Source of the DNA: Paragordius varius
Taxonomy: Eukaryota; Animalia; Nematomorpha
Direction: 5' to 3'
NCBI GenBank assembly: GCA_964247055.1
Contig: OZ176054.1
Span: 12,896,001 to 12,960,000, forward strand
Length of the DNA: 64,000 nucleotides
A model generated the notes under the pieces. It saw only the letters and a program-made list of their open reading frames with translations. It was not told the origin of the DNA and did not search any database. Shown piece after piece: positions 35,691 to 48,100 of the stretch. The position numbers were made by a program, and so were the translations under genes. Within the stretch, counting starts at the first letter, position 1, and every line of letters starts with the position of its first letter.

Positions 35691-38339
35691 TATTTTATTA
35701 ATGTTCAAATCGTTCATAGATAAGAACCGAATTTTTTCAGCTACAGCATGATCATCATCCATTTCAGGATCGTCAATTGCTAATCTTGATAGGGGATCAG
35801 CTAAATTTTGAACCCCTTTATTGAAATGAATGGTATAATCATACCCCGATATTTTATAAATCCAATGTAATAATTTTATATTAGTGACTCCGGTTAAGTT
35901 CCGGTCTTCCCCAAATAATTTAATCAGTGGTTTATGATCAGTCAATATTTTAAAAGATCTCCCATATATGAAAGGGTGAAATTTTTTTACCGCGAACAAA
36001 ATCGCCTTGGCCTCTCTTTCGATCGTCGAATAATGTTTTTCAGTTAAACATTTCCTGGATGCGAAAGAGATTGGCCGCTTGCCATCTTCGGTTACATGGA
36101 AAAGGATGGCACCCAAACCTTCGTTTGAAGCATCGGTCTCAATCAATAATGGCAATTGCGGATTGTACGGAATCAGTTTCACAAAATTTGCTATTAGTTG
36201 TTTTGACAGTGCAAATTGTTTATCATGAATATTCTCCCATTTCCATGGCATTTTGTTTCCAGTTAAAGTGTTCAGATCACTTATGACTGAATGTAATCTT
36301 GGAATAAATTTTTCATGAAAGTTTAATAGTCCTAAAAAGGACCGTAATGTTGTTTTGTCCTTTGGAACAGGACATTTCATAATAGCCTTGATTTTTTCAT
36401 CCGTTGGCTTAATACCTCTTTTAGATATTTCGTATCCCATGTAGGATACTTTTTCCTGGAAGAATTTCATTTTATCTGGTTGCAAACGGAATCCGGCCTG
36501 TTCAAGTTTCTCCAAAACATGCTCAAGATTTGCTTTGTGTTGAGTGTCTGTATTGCCGGTTACCAGAACATCATCCAGATAAGCACAAACGCCTGTGCAA
36601 TCATCCAGAATTTGATCCATAACTCGTTGAAATATCATTGGAGCATTTGTGAGCCCGAAAGGTAATCGTTTATACGTAAAGTAACCTCTGTGTGTTGTAA
36701 TTGTCAGAATATTAGAGCATTCTTTATCAACCGGTAGTTGTAAGTAGGCATCCTTGAGATCCAAAACTGAAAATGAATGTCCATTTCCGATTTTACCCAA
36801 TAATTGATCAAATGTCGGAATGATATGAGAATCTTTTGATAGATAAGGATTGATTGTGACACGAAAATCGGCGCAGATACGAGCCTCCCCATTGGATTTT
36901 AACACGTTGACCGTTGGGGTTGCCCAAGATATCTCAGTTGTTGTTGGGTCTTTTGGTTCTATAATCCCCAAATCTAACAATATATTCAATTCATTTTCTA
37001 CCAATGGTTGCAATGGTAGAGGAACTCTGCGGCATGGAAAAGTTTTTGGTTTTGCATCCGGTGTCAAAAAAATTTTGATCGGATTGCCGTTGTAACAACT
37101 AAGTTCCTTTGAGAATAGTTTTGGAAATATTTTGGTCAGCTCCATCTTCTCATTAGAATTTATATTATTGATTACACCTTTTGGAAAAGGTAGCTTGTAC
37201 GCTTTTATCCAAGGTAATCCAAAAATTGGATCAAAATTGCTTTTAGTTACGATACATGGTAACGTTTTCTTTTCATTGTACAACGTCACAGTGACCATAG
37301 TTTTCCCTAAGATTGTTATCTTATAATTATCATACGTGGTTATTTGATCGGACCACGTTAACTTAGGGCTACCGATCTGCTTCCATATTTGTTGACTTAT
37401 GAGACAGCAGTCAGCACCGGTATCGAAAATCATATCTATCATATTATTGTTGATCTTCACTTTTATTTTAGGGGTAGTGCCCGCTTTTATAGATCTAATT
37501 TGATCTAAATTTCTCACCAACTTTGTTTTGCACATTGAACTAAAGTGGTTATTTTTGTTGCAATTGTAGCACGTTTTGCCCCAAGCCGGACACATGTTTC
37601 TCACATGCAGTGATCCACAACGGCAATTTACTTTAGTATCATTATTATCCCGGACATCATTATTCCTATTGTTTTTATAATTATTATTGTTATAATGGCC
37701 CTTGTTAAAACTTCCATGAGGTTTTACATTTCTGGATCTATCCACTTTAAGCTTATTGATTTGCGAGGGAAGATTATCGGCTTCATCAAAACTTAAAGCC
37801 ATATCGACCAACATTTGTAGTGTCAGTGGTTTGTCATCTAACTTACCGAGTGGATATTTTATGTGGAGTTCTCTTTCTAATCTGGGTTGATTTAATTCAA
37901 TCAAAAATATATCCCTGATGTTAGAAATGTCCGAATCAAATCCCGAATTGTCGGCCAAAATTTTCAAACGTTCTAAATACGAAAGAATAGATTCATTATC
38001 ACCACGACGAATACGATAAAATGCACATCTATTCACCCATAGACTTTTGTCTGGGGCATAGATTTGAACTGCAATTTTATAGATTTCCGGCCATTCCAAA
38101 TCTTCGATGATATCAGGATATAGAATATTTTCAATTTTGTTCAAAAATTTAATACCACCGAAAGCTAAAAATAATTTTTTTATATTGGAATCCGTGACAG
38201 GAATATCCCTGGCCGCGAGTACCCTTTCTATGTGCTTGACATAATTTTTGAAATTGTAACATTCGTCAAATGGTTCAAGAATTATTCGATTTAGAGGATT
38301 TTGTGCATTACTAAATGATGTATCTCCGGGATTTTCCAT
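35682..38339 (-). CDS. Gypsy gag-protease-RT-RNase H polyprotein (likely start MENPGDT at 38339)
   Basis: CX2CX4HX4C knuckle (CYNCNKNNHFSSMC), protease FDTGAD, RT LDLKDAY / LPFGL / YLDDVL, RNase H TDAS...EREA...TDHKPL. Confidence 0.95.
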   Translation of the reverse strand: MENPGDTSFSNAQNPLNRIILEPFDECYNFKNYVKHIERVLAARDIPVTDSNIKKLFLAFGGIKFLNKIENILYPDIIEDLEWPEIYKIAVQIYAPDKSLWVNRCAFYRIRRGDNESILSYLERLKILADNSGFDSDISNIRDIFLIELNQPRLERELHIKYPLGKLDDKPLTLQMLVDMALSFDEADNLPSQINKLKVDRSRNVKPHGSFNKGHYNNNNYKNNRNNDVRDNNDTKVNCRCGSLHVRNMCPAWGKTCYNCNKNNHFSSMCKTKLVRNLDQIRSIKAGTTPKIKVKINNNMIDMIFDTGADCCLISQQIWKQIGSPKLTWSDQITTYDNYKITILGKTMVTVTLYNEKKTLPCIVTKSNFDPIFGLPWIKAYKLPFPKGVINNINSNEKMELTKIFPKLFSKELSCYNGNPIKIFLTPDAKPKTFPCRRVPLPLQPLVENELNILLDLGIIEPKDPTTTEISWATPTVNVLKSNGEARICADFRVTINPYLSKDSHIIPTFDQLLGKIGNGHSFSVLDLKDAYLQLPVDKECSNILTITTHRGYFTYKRLPFGLTNAPMIFQRVMDQILDDCTGVCAYLDDVLVTGNTDTQHKANLEHVLEKLEQAGFRLQPDKMKFFQEKVSYMGYEISKRGIKPTDEKIKAIMKCPVPKDKTTLRSFLGLLNFHEKFIPRLHSVISDLNTLTGNKMPWKWENIHDKQFALSKQLIANFVKLIPYNPQLPLLIETDASNEGLGAILFHVTEDGKRPISFASRKCLTEKHYSTIEREAKAILFAVKKFHPFIYGRSFKILTDHKPLIKLFGEDRNLTGVTNIKLLHWIYKISGYDYTIHFNKGVQNLADPLSRLAIDDPEMDDDHAVAEKIRFLSMNDLNINKIMY

Positions 38340-40244
38340 TAGGCAGAATAAATTTTTTTCTCGTCGCCAAATAATATCAGTTGGGTATAATTTATTATAA
38401 CACAATAATGGGAAAACACAGTAATGCAATGGACTTAAAGAAGTTGTTGTTTATATAGGTTATATTTAATTCCGAGAAATGTATACGGATCTTATTATAT
38501 ATTTTTATCGTGCATTAACATATACAAATTTCTGAGAATGATGAGTGTGCATTTATAAAACAGTCACGTAGTCTAAAACTTGTCACGTAGTATATAACAT
38601 GTCACGTAAAATATTAATAACAGAAAATTATTATAAGTATGCATTGAATAGCAACGTAATATATAAAATAGAGTTATGTTTTGTTGCATATTATATAAAT
38701 CATATCAAATACTTACATGCTTAATTACTCGTTTGTTTAGTTGAAAAATGATAATTTTAGGGCAAAATTGGCAGATATATATGAGAAAACCGGTGAGAAA
38801 TTGGTCGATTTTGGTTCTGACCAAACCTCTCTTCATAATCCATAGTGGATACTATCCGGTTGGTTATAGCTGGGAGGATGCAAATCGATTATTGGCGACA
38901 AATCCCGAACGGTTTCAGAAGGAAGTTTGTCAAAGTTTGATACAGCAAGTCACGCATATCAATAAGTTTTTCCTAAATTCATATAAATATATTTATCTAA
39001 TTTAAAAATTTTATCAGACCAAGTTTATTTCTCCTATTAGAATGACAGAAATGACTGGGTTAATATTTTTTGATTATGGCAATGCTTTTTTGCTTGAAGC
39101 CGCAAAAGCCGGAGCACCAATACACAAAAATAAAAGCGATGTAGCATTCAATAATTTTGGAGATACAAATCAAATTGGCGATTCAGTTGAACGGATATAT
39201 AGATACCCATCGTACGTGGAAAATGTAATGGGTGAAATTTTTGCATTTGGGTTTGGGCCTTTTCGTTGGGTATGTATGAGCCAGGATCCGAAAGATCTTG
39301 CTTATACCGATAAACTTGCGCTTTCCATCCTTAGGGAGATTGCGACTGAACTAGACTCTACAATATTTCAGTGCCAACAAGAACAAGAGCAGAGTCGCAG
39401 CAAAGTTGAACTTTATGCCCGAATAAAATCTTACTATGTCGATAATTGCTTTTGGATGGAACACATCAATTCTCAACCCGGTGTAGTAGGATATCTCACT
39501 GTAGGATCTCTGGCCCGGATTCTTTATTCAGACGTTCAAGGGAGAATACGACTGGCTTGTGCCTTCAATAAGGCCATCGCAGATGGGCACATAACGCAAC
39601 CAATTGTGTGTAGTCGAGACCATCATGACGTTTCGGGGGCTGATAGCCCTTGGCGGGAAACAGCTAACGTTCGAGACGGTTCCAACATGTGCATAGACAT
39701 GTCCATTCAAAATGTCTTGGGAAACGCGGCCAGAGGGCCAACTTGGGTAGCCCTTCACAATGGCGGTGGGGTTGGTTGGAACCGTGCAAGCAATAATGGA
39801 TTAGGTCTTGTGCTAGATGGACAACCGGAAACCGAACAACGCATAAAGAATGTTATGATGTGGGATGTATTGAATGGTATGGTACGGAGATGTTGGTCTA
39901 ATGCTTATAACTATAGCAACAATGAAATTGATTCTCTCTCCGGAAAATATGGGACATCATCGCCCTTTGGTGAGAAAACGACGTATTACAATGATCTTAT
40001 AAAGAGTTATTTGCAAGAACTTCAAACGGATATCAAGGGCTTAAAAGTAACTTTACCCTTTGGTGAATAAATTAGATGAAACTTTATTCAAAAAGATATA
40101 TGTCTATTTATTTGTTACAATATATATTATAAAATTAATTGCCATATTATTATAAATACTTTGATGTGATCTATGTGTGTTTATATAATTAACTAATAGT
40201 TTTTATACTTTTTGCCCAAACAATCACAGATACTTCTTAATAAG

Positions 40245-41280
40245 ATTATGTTTTATTATCGAAGTGACAATTGTCATATTTGTTTGGCGTGCAACATATT
40301 TTTTGAATTGGAGTTTCCAATCAACTATGTATTTTGTTTTCCAGTCATCAAAGTGTGCTTTCCATTGAATTTCTAGATCACTAAGATCTTCTATTGGAAA
40401 AAATATATAAGATAAAAGATATTTTGACTAATATTTCAAACGAAACAGTTAATCGAATCTAGTTGTATAAAAATATCGACTAACGTGTAGCTAAAGCAAG
40501 GTCGGGCATGAATTCATTCCAAAATGCGCACTCTTTAATACGCGGACCTCGACCAACGTCAAAGGCATCGATTGCAATATTCAAATATTCCCTATTATGG
40601 GCAGTGTGGATGGGCCATTGTATATCGGACCAGGTTCCATCATCATTTATGTTTGGATTTCTATTTTTTGAAGAAAAAAGAAGGATAATTAAAAATTAGT
40701 TTAGTAATGATCATTTGTCTTCTAATAATGCCACATGTGTGAATATTCATATTTGTCCATAAAAATATTATTTTACCCAGTTTTAGTAAAATTGGTCCAA
40801 AATCGCATCATGAGCCAGCTTGGTTCAATTTCTTTGGTCTTATATCCCTTTGAAGGATCTAACGGTTCCCCAAATATATAATTGATTTCATCAGCATGCA
40901 TGACGCCCATCCAAGAGGGCCAGGGGTGAGTCGATGATCTGTGAGTATAATAGTATTTGAACACATTTGCACCAGATTGGGTGTAGATGAAGGCCCCCAT
41001 ATTAACCCCACAGGTAAAGTAATAATCACCGACACTTTTGTCAAATGCATCTAACATTTTTTTGGGGTCCGAGGGATCCTCCCAATGCGTATACTCATAG
41101 AGTATGGCTTTACCACCAATTTGATTGAATTGCGGAAATAATTCGGGTAAGGCTTTAGCAAGAGCGTGTCGATCAACGGTAACCGCCTTTTCTAACGGGA
41201 TAAAAAGATTCGTTAGCTGATAAATGTTAAAATATGTGCCCTCGTCGAAATTTTATATGGGTCTCCGCAACTCAGAGATT
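40245..41280 (-). pseudogene. ace: Acetylcholinesterase 3' remnant, copy 3 (best preserved)
   Basis: Open from NFDEGTYF through FWTNFTKTG; exon B open; WAT exon has a small deletion near its end; no 5' half. Confidence 0.88.
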
Positions 41281-41579
41281 TTAAGTTAAAATTAAATCTT
41301 ATATTTCAAAAAGTAATTTTTATATCATTTAAAGCGTTTTTAATATTCCTTGTCCGTATTTGAGAATCATAAATTAGAATTAAGTCAGAATACAAATGTT
41401 TTTTTAATTATCTAATTATATCTACATATGATAAGACAAAGAAACATCTATTTTAAAATAAATTCAATCTCTGTAATATTCGATAATAATTTTTTTAGGC
41501 AAAAAAAAGATTCATATAGCAATACAATAGAATAGAATAGATTTAGGCAATTATTATTGTGTTGCACATGTCTTATATA

Positions 41580-41744
41580 CAGTAGCGTATGGCATTAAAC
41601 AATATCAGTCCATAAAAGAATAAAATGTTTTTTTATAAAAACAAGGGCATATTATGGATAGGTGTATAACCTAGGCCTGGTTATTTAAAAACACATTTTT
41701 ATATTCTTTTCTGGACGAATAATGTTTTATACCATACGCTACTG
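41580..41744. mobile_element. Tc1/mariner-type MITE (CAGTAGCGTATGG ends), shared with 54627-54785
   Basis: TA|cagtagcgtatggcattaaac ... ccatacgctactg|TA; empty site in units 1 and 2. Confidence 0.85.
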
Positions 41745-42100
41745 TATGTATGCACAACATTACATATGCGCTCAGGAATTATATTTTTTGTATTGTTTGT
41801 TAAATATGGCACGTGTGGGTCTTTTTATATAATTCTTTTTACCTGTACATTTTTTTGATGAGACTCCAGGATAAAATTTTAGTGATTATCAATTTTAGAA
41901 GTCATTGAGTTATCAATAAAAGTTATAAAATTAAAATATATCTATACATTGTTTTTAGTCACCTGTTTAAATAAAAAGTGATCATTTATGACTTGGTGGT
42001 AAAAGTATAATCTATGATTCAAAATCAAGAATTTTTTTAAACAACAATTTTATTTTTTTAAATTACATCACAGAATAGAGGACATGAGTGGATCTATAAT

Positions 42101-45100
42101 TCAATCATTAGAGTTTTGCGGCCTAAAACAAATACATAAATTTGTGATGAAGGGTGATGTGTTTGATTTAGTTTTCTACTTTTTGACATTTTTATTGTTG
42201 TTTTCTCCAAATTGATGTTTGGAGCCTTCTGGAGGAGTCTTGAACTTAACGCGTGATCCAATATTATCTTCCTGACTATAAAAGATAAAAAATTATTATA
42301 AAATTAGAGATCGGTACCGTCATAACAATACACAGTTTTAGGATTTTCAAATAAAGCTTTATTCTTACAATAAAAAAATATCGAGACAAATGTTTTTTTT
42401 CAAAAGACCGCTGTACTTACTTTATTTTTTCGATATAAATCATTGTTTGTAAATTAAAAAGTATGAAATAAAGATTTAAATTGGAAACAATTAATTATGT
42501 ATAGAAATAGGGTTTACAAAAGTATGGTGTCTTTTTACAAAAAGCCTGTTTTATATAATTTTACGTTTTTGCCTCAATTTTTATTGTATATTTTTAAATC
42601 AAAATAACCGAATCATTTCTGGCAAAACAATTCCGAACTTATAAAAATCCCTCGTTTCAATTTAAGAAAATCAATTAATGGTATTAAAATTTTTTAAAAT
42701 CACATAAAAAGTTTTTTAATTAAGGAAATATTGCTTTCCTTACTTAATCTAACACAATGCGATTCAAAAAAAATCCTATAAAATTAGAGATCGGAACCGT
42801 CATGAACCAATACACGGTTTTCGGATTTTTAATTATAGCTTTATTCTTTATATTATGTCATATTGTATGTAGGGTATAAATTGAGATTATATGGACAAAA
42901 CGTAAAAAATATTTTTTTACAAAAGACCGCTGTACTTTTTAAAACTTTATTTTCGACATAAATCATTGTTTTTAATTGAAAAGTATGAAATAAAGATGTA
43001 ATTTGAACAACAATCAATTATGGATTTTAAAATTGTATTTAAATAATATATATCTGGAATAATTGAGGTTTACAAAAGTATGGTGTCTTCTTATAAAAGA
43101 CTGTCATAATAACTTTACGTTTTGTTTGTATCATTTTTGAAGGTTATTAGGTATAATCTAAGGACCATTTTTGGCAAAAAACTATTCTGAATCCCATAAA
43201 CAATCCCACTTTCCAATCTCAGAATAAAAATCAATTAATAGTATTAAAATTTTGAAATGACTTTAATGAGTTTCAATAAGGAAATTTTATTTTCCTTAAA
43301 AACTTATATTCAACTAAATGCAATTTAACTAGTATATCATTTAGATCAAATAAGGGATTGCGAAATTTATTGCTAAATTTTAACTTATTGTCCATTTAAA
43401 AAATAGAGATAAGAATTCAAATTTTTATAAATGATTGCTATTTTGTCCCTACTCTCATTTTTTCAATATTCACGTCCATCCCTAAACATTATAATTAAAC
43501 TAATCCCCTTTACAAATTAGCATTTATATATGTCCGTACCTTACAAGCTCATCACTTTTCATTGGATTGTAGGAGGGAAACCCAGATTCGAGTCCGCCCA
43601 CACTCCGATCTAACATAACAGCTCTTGAAGTGAAATCTTCAAATCCGGATTCTTCTTTGGCATGCATTTTCTGTTGCTGTTGCCTTTTATTGGCAAAAAA
43701 ATCCATGTAATTTTCATCATGTCCAACCATATTGTTGTCTACATTATTCATGTTTTGGTCCATTAAATTTTTATTTGCAGGTGTTACCGGCCATGCTAAA
43801 TCACTCGATGCCGATTGACCTATCCGTTTTTCATCTAAACCACCATACTTTTTTAAACCGTGATTTTTCCCACATAAACTATTTTATTTTAATCAATAAA
43901 ATAATAACTGTGTATCCAATTATCATGTCTATTTCAGGTATTGTGGTTTAAAACAGTGAGTTATATCTAAATAAATCAAGGATTAAAAAGTATGGTAGTC
44001 TTAATAAAAAAATTATTTGTCTTTATGTTTTTACGTTTTGTCCGCACAACTTATTTCACTTTTACTCTAAATTTTGTATAAATTTATACCATTTTTATCG
44101 ATATATTCTTTGGCTAAGCCAAAATCAACGACCCATATAATTCCTTCAGTACCGTTAGCCCGTTTCCCAATCAAAAAATTTTCGGGTTTCACATCCCGAT
44201 AAACTAACCCATAGTAATGTATAAATTCGATTCGATTAATCAATTGTATTGCAATCATGAGGACTGTTTTCAGACTAAACTGTTTATTACAGTACAGAAA
44301 TAGGTCTTGAAGACTGGGTCCTAACAAGTCCATCACCATAACGCGATAGGAACCACAGTGACCAAAATAATATACGCGGGGTATACCTTCGGCATATATC
44401 CCATACCTAAGAATAGAAATTGTGAGGACGAAAAAAACAGCCGTTTAAATTACAGTAAAAATTAAATTAGAAAATCAAAGAATATACTACAAAAGACTAC
44501 CAACCGCCATACTTTTCCTTAGTTTTTATAAATACTTATAGTTTTGGGCAGTGAAATTTGGAATAGAAATCTAAATTAGTAACACTCTCAATTATACATG
44601 AAAATCTTAACAACTAGGCTGTAAATACTAAGACTTAAAACATATGTCTGTCTATACAAAAAAATATTTTTCTTTTTTTTACTTTTTCTCACTATTATTT
44701 TTTACTGTTAATAGAAAGACCAAAATTTTCAATTTAACTATCAGACGTTAAGTTAAATATTCTACCTTTCATCCTGGTGCAGTCGACTATACAATTCATA
44801 TTCCCGTTTTAGTTGAGGGATTTCCGCATTTCCTGCCTCAATCTTTATGGCAGCTAAACTGTTTGTAGCTATATGAATACAATATCGCAATTCACCGAAC
44901 GTCCCCGAACCAATATGCTGAGCTATTTGATATAAATTTGGGTTATTTTTTATGTTGGTGCCGTTTGATTTGGAAAAACGATCACCACCAACTATACGAC
45001 CCTGTAATTTGTCTTTTCCGCCACCATGGTGAGTTTCTGAGGAATTGATATTAACGCTATTATTGGAAGGCTTCACCCCTATGTTATAGTATGGGTCTTC

Positions 45101-45118
45101 GGTTTTCCCGGGACTCAT
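42101..45118 (-). pseudogene. CSNK1G: Casein kinase 1 gamma-like, copy D; internal deletion
   Basis: Exons 45118-44766 and 44406-44090 are intact. Junction ctaaacc|accatact at ~43841 joins the intron 2 MITE to exon 5, removing exons 3-4 and the exon 5 acceptor (~1.4 kb). Exon 6 has TCG>TAG (~42177). Confidence 0.9.
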
Positions 45119-48100
45119 GATTTGAAATATTAAATTAGATATCGATTCCACATTAGGGTTCAAGTTAATGAATCTTGTTTGAAGATATTTCCTTTTTTTC
45201 TAAAACTTAAAGCCGGTGCCCGAAAAATAGTTTTTTTAACATGAAAAATAAATTATAATTACTAATAAAAATCACACTAATATCAGTTATAGTTAAAAGA
45301 AATCATTTAACAATAATGCTATGCCGAGCGGTTTCAACAATCACGTAAATTTGATTTTGTGATATATTTTTATTATGTGCATTATTTACTTATATTTATT
45401 TTGGATTAGATTTTTCACTTATTTTTAATAGCGTATCTTTATATTCATAAAAATTGATCATATATGTAGACCTTAACCTTCTTATTTATTTATATATCAA
45501 TAAATATAAATAGTGACTTTTTCATTTGTGTAATGTTTCAAAAAAATAAAATATGCAAAAGAATATTTTTGGGATAAATTAGTAATTTTTTTGGAAATAA
45601 TGGTTTTAAGAGTGATTTTAAAAAATTGGCGATCTTAAATTTAATTTAATGCGTAAATTTATGAATCGATATCAAGCCGTCGAAATTTTAATTTGAATTA
45701 TGTCGCTTTTAGTTTGGTTACAAATTATTAAAAAGGGTTTATGATTTTTTTTATATTCCAAAATCAAAAAATCGAAAATTTTGCACAAATTATGTTATTA
45801 CGAAATTGGAGGTTTTAAAAACACAAAAGAGCTAGTATTGATTGGTAAAAGTTTTGCCTAATTAAGTAATTTTCTGCTTTCGAAACAATAAATTTAGCAA
45901 TAAATAAGCAATATAAGGGCTACATTTACAAATTGCAAATTAAACTCGGCATATATAGGGATGCCATATGTAAAATTCCCTCCTCTTTATCGTAATCAAT
46001 TTTTTTCGTTACAACCTAACATAAACTTTTTTATTTTAGTATCACTTACCCTCATACGCTAACGTGTATTTGTTTCTTTTCTTTACAAAAATGATAAATG
46101 ATACTTTATGAATGTAAGAAAAACGAAAAATCCTACTTGAGACATTTAAAAAATTTTCTTTCTTTGAAATGTTAAATGAAGTTGAATAAGAAAGGTATTT
46201 TATTGTTATTAATTAATCTTTGATTTTAAGATTGATTACTGATTGCTAATAAGAAAGTAATATGAGCCATATTAAATACTTTTTAGCGGACATGATGGTT
46301 AAATCCTATGAGTGGAATAAATTACTATGGCAAAAACGGTAAAAAAGAAAAAAATTGAAAAAGAAAAAAGTCAAATAATTTATGATTTTTATCCCTACCT
46401 GAAGCTAGCCCACGTGTGAAAGGGTAACATTTCAACAGTAAATGTGGATAATTAGACTAATTTGATGAGAAAATTGCAACTTTTTCGATAATTCAATCGA
46501 TTTTAAAGAATTATTATTTAAGATTGAGCGATTGTTTTTACTTAATATCGCCCAATTTTGCGGGTTTAAATTTTTGAGTTGCATTTATTTTCCCTAAATT
46601 GAGATAATCATAATAAGAGATCTAATTATGTTAGGACTATAATTCAGTCCCACTTATTTCAGAAAATACGGATAAAATATTGTTTTTGTATTAATTTTAC
46701 ACAAAAAACGAAAATCATCAATCACCATCATATATCCGACTGAATATATCAAATATAGTTGGTGAAATGCTAATCAAGGGATTATATTATTATTCATTTA
46801 TATATGGAATAATAACTTTTACTAAATATGACCTTTAATATATTATCCATATGGTTATTTATTTAAAATAATATTTAAATTGTTAAAACTTTTTTTTATA
46901 ATTTTTTATGAGAAAATGGCCGAATATTTAAAATTTATTAGTGCCGGGATTCCTCCTCTTCCCCCTCCATATAATGAACAATCCATATCAGCTGATATTC
47001 TCCGAGCCCCTTTCCGAAACAATGGACTAACAAAACGAGAAAAAACGGTTAGATATTTATTTTGAACTAACTTTTCAATTTGAAGAATTTGTTTTAAATA
47101 TTTTTGAAGTTTTGAAAAATTTGTTTTATTATTATTAAGTAAATTTATTAGATTTGTATTTTAACATCACTAACATAAAAGGCATTTATTCCAGAATCCT
47201 GCTTGCTCTCAAAGAATATAAAAATAAAGAAATATTTGTGATTTTTGAAATTTTATCCAAATATATTTCTTTTATACTCAATGGTAAAATCATCCTGGCT
47301 ATTTTTGCCTTTAAGATTTTTATTTTTTTAATAATAAAACATGAAAATAATGTCGATTGCAATAAATCTGCGACTAGCATTTTTATTTCCGATTCCAGGG
47401 AATTTTTTAACAAACAGACAAAATTTAGTGTGTTGTCAAATGATTGAGGGTCATTTTTCATTTTATAATAATTCAAATGAAATTAATACAATGAGTTAAC
47501 GCCATATAATTTAGTCATAATGAATATTGATCGTAATGGATAATATGTAAACTTTCATATTGCTAATCTGGAGATATAATTTGTGTAATTAATTAGCTTT
47601 TTTAATATGCTTCTGTTTGTTAACGCATTACGGCCCACACTCAAAAGCTTTAAATTTATTATTTTTTAAAACCATGTTGATAAATTATGTGGGCCAGGTA
47701 TAAAAGTTTTAATTTTACTGACCCTTGATTCGGTTAGTGTGACTTATTTCCTACCCCTCAAATAAAAATTAAGCATTTATATACACAAAACATCGGATAT
47801 ACCCGATTCAATATGTACCAACTATCCATAAATGCTATGTGTGGATAATTATTTTTGAATGGGTAAATTCTAGAAGAGGTTTTAAGATTTATAAAATCAA
47901 TTCGGCCTTAAATATAGCCCGCCAAAGGCATTTTTCCCCGAACAATTTATATTTTCTAAACTGTCCACCGTTTCGATTATTATATCATTGTATTTTTACA
48001 TATAGTTGGCAGTTAGAAATGTGCTACGATATTTTCCCGTTTCTTTCCATGAGACCCTTGCCCCCGAATTTATGGAAGAACTTGAATACAGAGGCCATAT

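Larger units (their letters stand above)
34173..38707 (-). mobile_element. Full-length Ty3/Gypsy LTR retrotransposon, antisense in urocanase 3 intron 7
   Basis: LTRs 34173-34509 (337 bp) and 38372-38707 (336 bp) differ by 1 substitution and 1 indel; 5-bp TSD AATAC (34168-34172, 38708-38712); PBS TGGCGACGAG at 38369-38360; PPT AAGGTGGGAGATA at 34522-34510; domain order gag-PR-RT-RH-IN. Confidence 0.97.
28867..40070 (+). pseudogene. UROC1: Urocanate hydratase copy 3, pseudogene interrupted by a Helitron (intron 1) and a Gypsy element (intron 7)
   Basis: Exons 28867-29004, 31243-31373, 31803-31956, 32560-32689, 32772-33037, 33777-33863, 33998-34149, 38761-38965, 39041-40070. 5-nt deletion in exon 8 (CCC TAC AAT GGT>CCA TAG T) gives TAG at 38843-38845. 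Confidence 0.9.

Noticed and set aside
35682-35700. Programmed ribosomal frameshift between RNase H and integrase
   Set aside because: Non-canonical position and no clear slippery heptamer; a single-base loss in an A-rich run is simpler.
38360-38369. tRNA gene
   Set aside because: Only a 10-nt primer-binding site; no cloverleaf. No tRNA, rRNA or other ncRNA gene was recognised anywhere in the window.
38340-38429. Gag starting at 38429
   Set aside because: That start runs through the LTR and PBS; the first ATG after the PBS is 38339.
44762-45163. N-terminal extension MNPNVESISNLIFQI on CK1 (also 58794-59210)
   Set aside because: It starts at TTG and is interrupted by a stop or indels in copies A-C; the ATG of MSPGK is the conserved start.
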